The position numbers were made by a program, and so were the translations under genes. This document shows, in pieces, positions 1 through 8,009 of a DNA stretch of 55,891 nucleotides. The notes beneath the pieces were generated by a model. It had not been told where the DNA came from. It was given only the letters and a program-made list of their open reading frames with translations, and did no database searches. Within the stretch, counting starts at the first letter, position 1. The number at the start of each line of letters is the position of its first letter. The DNA comes from an uncultured Bacilli bacterium (GTDB lineage Bacteria > Bacillota_I > Bacilli_A > RF39 > UBA660), in assembly GCA_947589435.1 (NCBI GenBank), contig CANQBI010000003.1, forward strand, positions 1 to 55,891, written 5' to 3'.

Positions 1-2
1 TA

Positions 3-191
3 GTTAATATCATTGGTTATTTTATTTTAAAACTAAACCCAATTAATAATGAAAAAATAGTTAGTATTATCTTTATTTTTGTTATTTATATTATAATGGG
101 TATCTTAACTTATAAACCTCCAAGAACTGATATATTCTTTGATCCAATGCAAGAAAAATTTGGTATTAATGATTATTTAATAAAAAATTAA
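3..191 (+). CDS. 3' end of a membrane protein, possibly DUF6512-like (truncated by window edge)
   Basis: My translation: open frame from position 3 to TAA at 189-191, ...IVSIIFIFVIYIIMGILTYKPPRTDIFFDPMQEKFGINDYLIKN*. A hydrophobic helix is followed by a YxPP..F.DP motif. The family name is from memory. Confidence 0.5.
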   Translation, partial: VNIIGYFILKLNPINNEKIVSIIFIFVIYIIMGILTYKPPRTDIFFDPMQEKFGINDYLIKN

Positions 192-207
192 GTTATATAA
201 AAATTAT

Positions 208-232
208 TCAAGGTCCCAAGTTGGGACCTTGA
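208..232. repeat. Perfect palindrome TCAAGGTCCCAA-G-TTGGGACCTTGA (CAA-N-TTG family)
   Basis: 12-bp arms with a 1-nt centre; near-identical copy at 4519-4541; lies between convergent genes. Confidence 0.9.
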
Positions 233-245
233 TTTAATTAATTTA

Positions 246-1421
246 TTAACTAACTATCCTATCCGATATTATAAATGGATTACTTTCTGTTCCTTCTCCT
301 GATATGCTTATCTCGGATATTAGATAAAAGACTGGACGAACAGCATCCACACTGCCACCGAAAGGTAAGGAAGTAGTTAGACTCCCTTCTGAGCGCACAA
401 AAAATACATCATCATTATCGATTCCCCTCGACATAGTCCATTCATAATCTTTGCCAGAAAAAGTAGATAAGCCATTTCTTATAAATAACCAGTTTGTTAA
501 ATTCTTATATTCATTTGGACCTGCATTTATATAATCGCTTTGATACATTAATCCTATTTTATGATTATTATTAGATAACGTTTGCTTTTCCTCTGAACTA
601 CCATCCCTCGCCGTAGATCCGCCTACATACCATTTTGGATTACTTATAATACTTTTGTCACCAATAGTTACTGATGCACCTGTCAAAAAAGTTGATTCTA
701 AATATTCAAGTACTTTTGATCCCTCCCAACTTGTACAAGTATAACAAGTACTCCAACCTTGATTATCATTACTTGACGTTGCTTTGATTATCTTTAATTG
801 ATCTTTTACGAGTCCTAAATTTGTATTTACATTTTCTGTTGTTATTCCTATTATTCTATACATGTATGTATTTTTATCAGCTAAACATATATCTTTATTT
901 TCAGTACCAAAACATATGAAGTTATTTATTTTATTACTTGTTACATCACTTTGAGTTCCTACATATCTTAAGAGTTCATCACCTTCATATGCTGTTTTTA
1001 AATATTGTTCTGATGTTGTTTGCTTCATTAATTTTAACACTGTACTTTTTCTCGCAAATTTAAGTGTACAATAGATTGTTCTGTCTGTTGAAATTGTTGC
1101 CTTATTTCCCTCTATATTAAATTGTAATATATCTGTTGTTGGTGTTATTTGATTTCCATTTACATCTTCACATTCACTTCCATAATACTCAAATATATCT
1201 TTATCAGGCCATTTTATTCTTGTGGTATCTTCATCCCACCCAAAACTATCATTTTGTACTTTTATAGCGATTTGCTTACTATCTTTTAAATTTTCTACAA
1301 TTTGAATATTTTCTAATACTTTATTATTTGAATTATTTAATTCTTTTACATAATTATATAATTCATATACTACTCCAATTGTAAATATTACTATTAATAT
1401 ATTTAATACTTTTCTATTCAT
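246..1421 (-). CDS. Membrane-anchored surface protein with a C-terminal DUF6273/C-type-lectin-like domain and a DGR-like variable end
   Basis: 391 aa. N-terminal TM helix, Cys-containing module (WP...EC.D..G...IYCTL.FA), then NNFICFG..YRIIG..KIGLMY.SDY..NWL..EWTMS..VRPVFYL..G.GT..NPF. Paralog of 29550-30665. Confidence 0.75.
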   Translation of the reverse strand: MNRKVLNILIVIFTIGVVYELYNYVKELNNSNNKVLENIQIVENLKDSKQIAIKVQNDSFGWDEDTTRIKWPDKDIFEYYGSECEDVNGNQITPTTDILQFNIEGNKATISTDRTIYCTLKFARKSTVLKLMKQTTSEQYLKTAYEGDELLRYVGTQSDVTSNKINNFICFGTENKDICLADKNTYMYRIIGITTENVNTNLGLVKDQLKIIKATSSNDNQGWSTCYTCTSWEGSKVLEYLESTFLTGASVTIGDKSIISNPKWYVGGSTARDGSSEEKQTLSNNNHKIGLMYQSDYINAGPNEYKNLTNWLFIRNGLSTFSGKDYEWTMSRGIDNDDVFFVRSEGSLTTSLPFGGSVDAVRPVFYLISEISISGEGTESNPFIISDRIVS

Positions 1422-1432
1422 TTTTAATTCTC

Positions 1433-2971
1433 CTAACTCACCTTATCAAAGTATGCATAACAAGTATTCTTACCAGTTGTTGTATATGTAAATCCTTTTG
1501 TTTCATCATATATTATATCTGTTGTAACATTATCTAAATTATCACATTCATAACTAGACATTGTATATCCTTTAGGTATTCTTCCATCTGCAATATATGT
1601 TTTATTATTTTTTATTGTAACTATACTTCCTGTTTCTGATTCTATATAAGTTGTTATTCTTATATCTCCATCTTTTATTTCATATGGTGTTAAATTAAAA
1701 CTATAGTATATTCTGCACACCACTTGATAGGGTTTATCTTCCGAAACATTTATTGTTACTCTTCCATCATCATTTATATAATAATCCGGGTAATTAACTG
1801 TACTACTTTCTTTAGGTATACAATTACTTTTACTTTTATCAAGTTTATAATTATTTTTAACATCTAATGGTGGGATATTATATAAAATATATTGACCGAG
1901 ATTAAAATGGTCTTCAATATAATACATTACATTTATGTCTGAAGTTTTACTTATGCTTGATGTGTCTCCAGTTGTAGAACTAGGTCTTTTGTATAATGCT
2001 GTTTTTTCGATTATAAAGGGATTCTCTTCTGTACCACTTCCGTTTATCTTCACATTACTTCTTAAATACATTACAGGTCTTATTAAATATTTATTGGTAA
2101 CAGACGTATAACTTACATTACCAGATGACGATATATACCAAGAATAATTAATATTATATCTTGACATTGTCCATTCATTACCACTTGAATCACTTGGATA
2201 ATTAGTGTCATTATTGCTTATATGTAACCAATTACCAGTTTTACAACTACTTCCAGAATAACAATTGGCATCATTTCCCATTGCTAAATAATAATCACTT
2301 AAATACATTAAACTAACCTTAGAATTAACGACATTTTCTCCCCAATTTTTCTTTTCATTTTCTAACAAAGTTGTTCCAGTATATGATGAAATACTAATTA
2401 AGTCGCCATAATCATATGCATAATCGGCAATTCCAATCAGCCAATTATTATCTTGTAAATAAGAGTAATCGCTACTTTTTAGAAAATAACTTTTTTTTAA
2501 TCCAATATATAGAGAAGAATTATTCCAAGTTACATCAGATGAACGATTCCAAGAATATGATATATCTAATGCCTCTTTTTTAATTATTTTTAATTCTTGG
2601 GTTTTTGTATCTATTCCTATTATACGATACATATATTTATCTTGATTTTCTATACACTCATTCTTATCTTTTGTTCCAAAACAAATATAATTATTTACGC
2701 TACTTCCTTGGTATCTTCTTAACCTATCATTTCTTACTTGCATATTTTCTCGTGTTTCTAAACCACTATTTTCTTGTGATTCCAAATATTCTTCTATGTC
2801 TTGTGTAGAAAAATTTCCTACTTTGGAAGTAAATATAGGTACTGGTTCCATCTCATAATTATAATAAGCATGAGTATTTCTTAAACAAATAAATAAGACC
2901 ATAACAAAAAAACATATTATTAGATATATTACTTTTATATTTAAGAATTTTTTTAATCTTTCCTTTATCAT
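1433..2971 (-). CDS. Secreted surface protein: SipW-like signal (THA-YYNYE), DUF6273-like domain, C-terminal Cys module
   Basis: 512 aa, RBS AAGAGG. N-terminal block shared with 30681-31500 and 53199-55260; C-terminal module shared with 30681-31289 (NC.P..QVVCR.YY..NTCY.YF). Confidence 0.75.
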   Translation of the reverse strand: MIKERLKKFLNIKVIYLIICFFVMVLFICLRNTHAYYNYEMEPVPIFTSKVGNFSTQDIEEYLESQENSGLETRENMQVRNDRLRRYQGSSVNNYICFGTKDKNECIENQDKYMYRIIGIDTKTQELKIIKKEALDISYSWNRSSDVTWNNSSLYIGLKKSYFLKSSDYSYLQDNNWLIGIADYAYDYGDLISISSYTGTTLLENEKKNWGENVVNSKVSLMYLSDYYLAMGNDANCYSGSSCKTGNWLHISNNDTNYPSDSSGNEWTMSRYNINYSWYISSSGNVSYTSVTNKYLIRPVMYLRSNVKINGSGTEENPFIIEKTALYKRPSSTTGDTSSISKTSDINVMYYIEDHFNLGQYILYNIPPLDVKNNYKLDKSKSNCIPKESSTVNYPDYYINDDGRVTINVSEDKPYQVVCRIYYSFNLTPYEIKDGDIRITTYIESETGSIVTIKNNKTYIADGRIPKGYTMSSYECDNLDNVTTDIIYDETKGFTYTTTGKNTCYAYFDKVS

Positions 2972-3051
2972 ATCAAACCTCTTATGTTTAAAATACCGAT
3001 ATAATATTTTATAATTTTAATTATAATAGGTATTTTTTATTAAAGGTCGAG

Positions 3052-3070
3052 ATAGGCAAAATTTACCTAT
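3052..3070. promoter_or_regulatory. Candidate operator palindrome ATAGGCAAA-A-TTTACCTAT
   Basis: 9-bp arms with 1 mismatch, between the divergent surface-protein locus and the XRE gene. Confidence 0.4.
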
Positions 3071-3127
3071 AAGTTTAATTATAAATTTTTGCTATAGTAT
3101 AATTTCAAAATGAAGTGGTACTAGACT

Positions 3128-3352
3128 ATGAATAGATTAAAAGAATTAAGAGAGGATAGAGATTTATATCAAAAAGATATGGCTAAATACTTAAATGTTG
3201 ACCAATCTAATTATAGTAAATATGAATTAGAAAAGATTAACATACCAGTTATCATATTAAAAAAATTAGCCGACTACTATGACACGAGTATCGACTATAT
3301 ACTATATAGAACTGATGAAAGAAAGCCATATAAGAAATCAATAGTTAAATAA
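3128..3352 (+). CDS. XRE-family HTH transcriptional regulator
   Basis: 74 aa, NRLKELRED..L.QKDMAKYLNVDQSNYSKYE...LADYYDTSIDYIL, a typical HTH_3 sequence. Confidence 0.93.
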   Translation: MNRLKELREDRDLYQKDMAKYLNVDQSNYSKYELEKINIPVIILKKLADYYDTSIDYILYRTDERKPYKKSIVK

Positions 3353-3359
3353 TTATATG

Positions 3360-4274
3360 TTATTTAATACTTTTTACGTTGTCTATTAAACTTTTTATAA
3401 CAAATTCATCTTCTAACTTATTAATACTAAAAGTTTTATTCCCTAAATGATTTAAAGATGAACCACAATGATAGATTATTTTATTATCTAGTATTATATA
3501 TCTATCATGAAAAGTATCATTATATTTAACTTCTAAATTATTATATTGTTTATTATATTTTTCAATATCAATATTTTTTAATAATCCATTACTTTTACAT
3601 ATTAATAATACTTTTACTTTTATATCTCTTATCATATCTAAAATACTTTTATCAGCATAATTATCTATTATAACAATACTTCCTTTAGCTTCTTTTAAAA
3701 TATCTACTATTTTAGAATAAGCATCATATATTTGACCATTAAAATAGATTTCATTTACTTTTTTGGTTTCTTTAAAACTATCAAAAGATTCTTTTAATAC
3801 TTTGATATCTTCTGTATTTTTACTTATATTTTCAGCATTAATATACACTTGATTATTTATATGCTTTTGTTCCATTAAGTCATTAGATATATACTTTCTC
3901 ATTAAAACAAAAGCACCCATAATAGCTACACTAACTCGAGATGCAACTTCTGTTCTTAAAATCGTAGCAAGCATTGCAACTCCCTCCTCAGTAAAAACTC
4001 TTATATTATATCTTCTTCCTCCATAATTATCATTTATATAACTTGGATTTTTAATTTGAAACTTTAAATTTTCTTTTTCTTCTTGGGTTAATAAAAAGCA
4101 AAATCTTTCTGGAAATTTATTTATATTTCTACTTACAGCCAAATTAATAGATTTAGTTCCATTTTTACATTGATATAATTCTGCTAAATCGCTATCAAGC
4201 ATTACTTGAACTCCTCTTATATTGTAAATTTTACTAGTTATTTCATTTTCTTTTACAACTAAATTATTCATCAA
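3360..4274 (-). CDS. ORF6N (KilA-N-like) DNA-binding domain protein with a C-terminal PLD-like domain
   Basis: IYNIRGVQVMLDSDLAELY..RNINKFPERFCFLLT.EE..GGRRY..FTEEGVAMLA at the N-terminus; HDRYIILD..YH.GSSLN.LG.K.F at the C-terminus; RBS AGGAGG. Confidence 0.88.
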   Translation of the reverse strand: MMNNLVVKENEITSKIYNIRGVQVMLDSDLAELYQCKNGTKSINLAVSRNINKFPERFCFLLTQEEKENLKFQIKNPSYINDNYGGRRYNIRVFTEEGVAMLATILRTEVASRVSVAIMGAFVLMRKYISNDLMEQKHINNQVYINAENISKNTEDIKVLKESFDSFKETKKVNEIYFNGQIYDAYSKIVDILKEAKGSIVIIDNYADKSILDMIRDIKVKVLLICKSNGLLKNIDIEKYNKQYNNLEVKYNDTFHDRYIILDNKIIYHCGSSLNHLGNKTFSINKLEDEFVIKSLIDNVKSIK

Positions 4275-4298
4275 TCTTTCCTCCTATCTTTTTTGTTC

Positions 4299-4329
4299 AA
4301 CTTGAGGTCGAAATTTTCGACATCAAGTT
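4299..4329. repeat. 31-bp palindrome AACTTGAGGTCGAAA-T-TTTCGACATCAAGTT
   Basis: 15-bp arms with 1 mismatch, just upstream of the ORF6N RBS. Confidence 0.88.
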
Positions 4330-4518
4330 TAAAAATTAATAACTTAATAAAATATAAGCATTAATATCTAGAACTTATTTTTAATTGTTACTGATATATC
4401 AAGTATATTACACGAACTAATATTTGTCAATAACTTTTTGTAACATTTTTGTGAATAACAACTTATTTGCCTTTTATGGTCACAAATTGGAACCGCAATT
4501 TATCATATTAACTTTTTT

Positions 4519-4541
4519 TAAGGTCCCAAATTGGGACCTTA
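4519..4541. repeat. Perfect palindrome TAAGGTCCCAA-A-TTGGGACCTTA
   Basis: 11-bp arms; sister of 208-232. Confidence 0.9.
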
Positions 4542-4592
4542 GAAATTATGAAATGTTTTAATTATCTATAAAATTGTATTTATTTAATTTCC

Positions 4593-4623
4593 AACTTGAG
4601 GTTTCAAATTGAAACCTCAAGTT
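4593..4623. repeat. Perfect 31-bp palindrome AACTTGAGGTTTCAA-A-TTGAAACCTCAAGTT
   Basis: 15-bp perfect arms; identical to 4782-4812 except for the central base. Confidence 0.92.
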
Positions 4624-4781
4624 TTGTTTTTTAATTTAAAATTGTTTATTTTAGTCAAAAAATTTCTCAAAATTTCACATTAAATATTTATTAAAATTGC
4701 CCGCAAAGTCCCATTTCACCTTATAAATCATGTTTTATATTTTTTTTATTATCTGTTACAAATTAAAATTTAGAATTCATT

Positions 4782-4812
4782 AACTTGAGGTTTCAATTTG
4801 AAACCTCAAGTT
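4782..4812. repeat. Perfect 31-bp palindrome AACTTGAGGTTTCAA-T-TTGAAACCTCAAGTT
   Basis: 15-bp perfect arms. Confidence 0.92.
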
Positions 4813-4833
4813 TTATTTTTCATCTTAATTTAT

Positions 4834-4862
4834 TTTTTTGGTCGCAAATTGCGACCAAAAAA
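4834..4862. repeat. Perfect palindrome TTTTTTGGTCGCAA-A-TTGCGACCAAAAAA
   Basis: 14-bp arms with the CAA-N-TTG centre. Confidence 0.88.
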
Positions 4863-4905
4863 CTTCTTTTAAATCATTAAAAAATAACAATAGAATTGTC
4901 TATTG

Positions 4906-5127
4906 CTATTTTAAAGTATCAATAACTGAACTAATAATTCCTACTGTATTAATAGCTTCATTTAATTTATCAGTAGGTCTTTCTTTATACATTTCTTTCA
5001 TATCTTTTAAGAACTTTTTATAATAAGCTGGATCTCTATTTAAATATTTAACTTCCCAAGTGTTTTCGTCAAAATATCTTTTAAATTTTTTATCTTCTTT
5101 TAATTTTTGTTGGAGAAAGTATTCCAT
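4906..5127 (-). CDS. YlbE-like protein
   Basis: 73 aa, F..EN.W..KYLNRDP.....F....K..YK....DK. Directly follows a YlbD-like gene, as in Bacillus. Confidence 0.7.
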   Translation of the reverse strand: MEYFLQQKLKEDKKFKRYFDENTWEVKYLNRDPAYYKKFLKDMKEMYKERPTDKLNEAINTVGIISSVIDTLK

Positions 5128-5128
5128 A

Positions 5129-5485
5129 TTAATCCTCGAAAAACTTATTTAAAGGTCTAGGCTCAACAGGACCTTTAATAGCATTTTCTATATTAGTTGT
5201 TCCTTTAGCGGTTAAATCTTCGACTACTCCTAAAGCTTTTTGAGCAGTATTAATATGTTTTTGAATTTCATCTAAATTAATATTTTTCATAATATCCGTT
5301 ATTTTACCAGGATTAATACTGGGGGTTATTTTTCTTTCATAAGGCTTCCACGCTTCTTCAGAAGAACCATATACATCATATATTTCATATAATGATTGTA
5401 ATGTTACTTCATTATTTCTGATATACTCAGTAAGTTCAGGTTTAGTTCTTAAAAATTCTTTAAATTCTTCTTTTTTACTCATCAT
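5129..5485 (-). CDS. YlbD-like putative spore coat protein
   Basis: 118 aa, KKEEFKEFLRTKPEL...TLQSLYEIYDVYG....W...N.DEIQKHI..AQ.ALG. Confidence 0.72.
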   Translation of the reverse strand: MMSKKEEFKEFLRTKPELTEYIRNNEVTLQSLYEIYDVYGSSEEAWKPYERKITPSINPGKITDIMKNINLDEIQKHINTAQKALGVVEDLTAKGTTNIENAIKGPVEPRPLNKFFED

Positions 5486-5522
5486 ATCACCTAATAAATA
5501 ATATGATGAATATTCTTAATTA

Positions 5523-8006
5523 TTAAATTTTAAAGTCTTTAGCAAAGTCCGCAAAAGAGACTTGTTTTTCTTCTTTTACTTCCTTAACTTCTTCTTTCTC
5601 GGATAGTTTCTCGGTTATTTTTTGCAACTCATTTTTTAAATCATATTTATCAATATGACCTTTAGTTATACTACTACCATTACTATTTACATCCATAATT
5701 GGTATTTCACTTGATTTAACTTCTTTTATTTCACTATCACTCTTAATTAAGATAATATCTCTACTACCTGTTATATAAGCATTTAAAATATTATAAGTAA
5801 CGGTTTTATTTTTCTTTAAAAGCATATTACCTTTTTTAGCTCTACTTAAAGATTTTAATTCTTCTAATTTTACCCTTTTAGCGGTATTATTTTTGGTAAA
5901 TACACTTAAATATTCAGCATTTTGATTAAATGTTAAACCATTAACTAAGGTATCATTACTTAAATTTATGGCTTTTACCCCACTTGCTTTTAACCCAACA
6001 ACTGGTATCTCTTTATTTTCATATCTTAAGTAATAACCATTTTCCGTGACAAGTAAAACTTCATCTTGGCTCTTTGTTACACTTACAAGTTCATCCCCAT
6101 CTTTTAGTTTTATAGCGGTTAAAGCTTTACTAAATCTCGTAACAACTAAATCTTTCATACAAATTTGTTTTGTCATACCAAGTTTCGTAAATAAAGTTAA
6201 ATAAGTATCACTTTCTAAGATAAATGAAGCAATTACTTTTTCATTTTCTTCCATTTTAACTAGGTTATTAACATGTTTACCAAGTTCTTTCCATTTAGTT
6301 TCAAATACTTTGTGAACAGGTATAAATAGGTAATTACCTAAACTTGTAAATAAAACTAAATTATCTAAGGTTGTAGTTTCAAAAATATTCGTAACATAAT
6401 CACCTGGTTTTAAAGTTGTTTCATTATCACTTGAGGCATAAGACTTCGAAGATACTCTTTTGACATATCCTTCATTAGTTACCACGACAATAACATTTTC
6501 TTTTGGTATCATCGTCGTCATATCAATTTTTATATCTTCAATTTCGGAGACAATTTCCGTTTTTCTTTCGGTTGCATATTCTTTTTTAACTAATTTTAAT
6601 TCTTTTTTCATGACATACTTTAAGACTTCTTCATCGCTTAAAATCGCTTTTAAGCCTTCGATTAGTTTATTTAAAGAAGCCATTTCTTCTTCTAAAGCCA
6701 CCACATCGGTATTAGTTAAACGATATAATTGTAAATTAACAATAGCTTTCGCTTGTTCTAAAGTAAAAGTAAATTCTTTAACTAAGTTATTTTCCGCATC
6801 ACTTTTATTTTTACTTTTTCTAATAACTTTAATAACTTCATCTAATATTGAAATACAATTAATAAGACCTTCCACTATTTCGAGTCTTCTTAACTTAGTT
6901 TTTAAATCAAACTCGGTTCTTCTTAAAATAACTTCTCTTTGATGGGCAATATAAGCATCTAAAATTTCTAAAATACCTAAAGTTTTGGGAGCCCTATTAA
7001 CAATAGCCACCATATTATAGTTATAAGATATTTGTAAATCGGTATTTTTAAGTAAATAATTAATAATTAAATCACTATTGGCTCCACTTTTTAAATCGAT
7101 AACAACTCTTAAACCTTCCCTGTCTGATTCATCACGAACTTCCGAAATTCCTTCAAGTTTTTTATCAATTCTTAAAGCATCAATTTTCATAACTAGTTGG
7201 GCTTTATTAACTTCAAATGGAAGTTCGGTAATAATTATTTTTTCTTTACCTTTTTCTTTTTTGATTTCATATTTTGATTTAACAACAACTCTTCCTCTTC
7301 CGCATTTAAAGGCTTCTTTAATTCCATCGGAACCCATAACAATACCACCAGTTGGAAAATCAGGTCCTTTAACAATATCTAAAATAGTATCTAAGTGGCA
7401 ATTAGGGGAATCAATTCTTTTAATCGTAGCATCGATAATTTCGCCAAGATTATGTGGCGGTATATTCGTAGCGTACCCGGCACTTATACCCATCGTACCA
7501 TTTACTAAAAGGTTCGGAAATTTAGCAGGTAAAACCGTGGGTTCTAAAAGACGATCATCAAAGTTGGGAGCCCATTTAACCGTATCTTTTTCTAAATCTT
7601 TTAAAAGTTCATTACTAATTTTAGCAAGCCTTGCTTCGGTATAACGATAAGCGGCAGCTGGATCACCATCCATGGAACCATTATTACCTTTCATGTCAAT
7701 TAAAGGCGCATTTTGTTTCCACCATTGACTCATTCTAACCATGGCATCATATACCGAAGAGTCCCCATGTGGATGGTATTTACCTAAAACATCTCCAACT
7801 GTGGCCGCACTTTTTAAATATTTTTTATCATAAGTATTCCCAGCATCAAACATCGCATATAAAATTCTTCTTTGCACGGGTTTAAGGCCATCCCGAACAT
7901 CAGGTATGGCTCTATCTTGAATAATTTCTTTCGCATAAGAAGAAAAGGCCTCGCCCATTATTTCTTCTAAAGCATAATCTTCAATTCTTTTTAAAACATC
8001 TTCCAT
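5523..8006 (-). CDS. parC: DNA topoisomerase IV subunit A
   Basis: 827 aa; [53 protein letters not shown]; C-terminal beta-pinwheel repeats; follows parE. Confidence 0.93.
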   Translation of the reverse strand: MEDVLKRIEDYALEEIMGEAFSSYAKEIIQDRAIPDVRDGLKPVQRRILYAMFDAGNTYDKKYLKSAATVGDVLGKYHPHGDSSVYDAMVRMSQWWKQNAPLIDMKGNNGSMDGDPAAAYRYTEARLAKISNELLKDLEKDTVKWAPNFDDRLLEPTVLPAKFPNLLVNGTMGISAGYATNIPPHNLGEIIDATIKRIDSPNCHLDTILDIVKGPDFPTGGIVMGSDGIKEAFKCGRGRVVVKSKYEIKKEKGKEKIIITELPFEVNKAQLVMKIDALRIDKKLEGISEVRDESDREGLRVVIDLKSGANSDLIINYLLKNTDLQISYNYNMVAIVNRAPKTLGILEILDAYIAHQREVILRRTEFDLKTKLRRLEIVEGLINCISILDEVIKVIRKSKNKSDAENNLVKEFTFTLEQAKAIVNLQLYRLTNTDVVALEEEMASLNKLIEGLKAILSDEEVLKYVMKKELKLVKKEYATERKTEIVSEIEDIKIDMTTMIPKENVIVVVTNEGYVKRVSSKSYASSDNETTLKPGDYVTNIFETTTLDNLVLFTSLGNYLFIPVHKVFETKWKELGKHVNNLVKMEENEKVIASFILESDTYLTLFTKLGMTKQICMKDLVVTRFSKALTAIKLKDGDELVSVTKSQDEVLLVTENGYYLRYENKEIPVVGLKASGVKAINLSNDTLVNGLTFNQNAEYLSVFTKNNTAKRVKLEELKSLSRAKKGNMLLKKNKTVTYNILNAYITGSRDIILIKSDSEIKEVKSSEIPIMDVNSNGSSITKGHIDKYDLKNELQKITEKLSEKEEVKEVKEEKQVSFADFAKDFKI

Positions 8007-8009
8007 AAA

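Noticed and set aside
3128-4274. Prophage (XRE plus ORF6N antirepressor-like gene)
   Set aside because: No integrase, att repeats, or replication, packaging or structural genes nearby.
4299-4862. CRISPR array
   Set aside because: The repeats are self-palindromes of differing sequence with irregular spacing, and no cas genes are present.
4838-5023. 61-aa ORF starting MVANCDQ
   Set aside because: It begins inside a palindrome, has no RBS and overlaps the ylbE-like gene in antisense.
6460-7644. Plus-strand ORFs 6460-6942 and 7078-7644 (and similar ones such as 17486, 23498, 24808, 42959, 50056, 53648)
   Set aside because: They are antisense shadows of well-supported genes, with no RBS and no recognisable domain.
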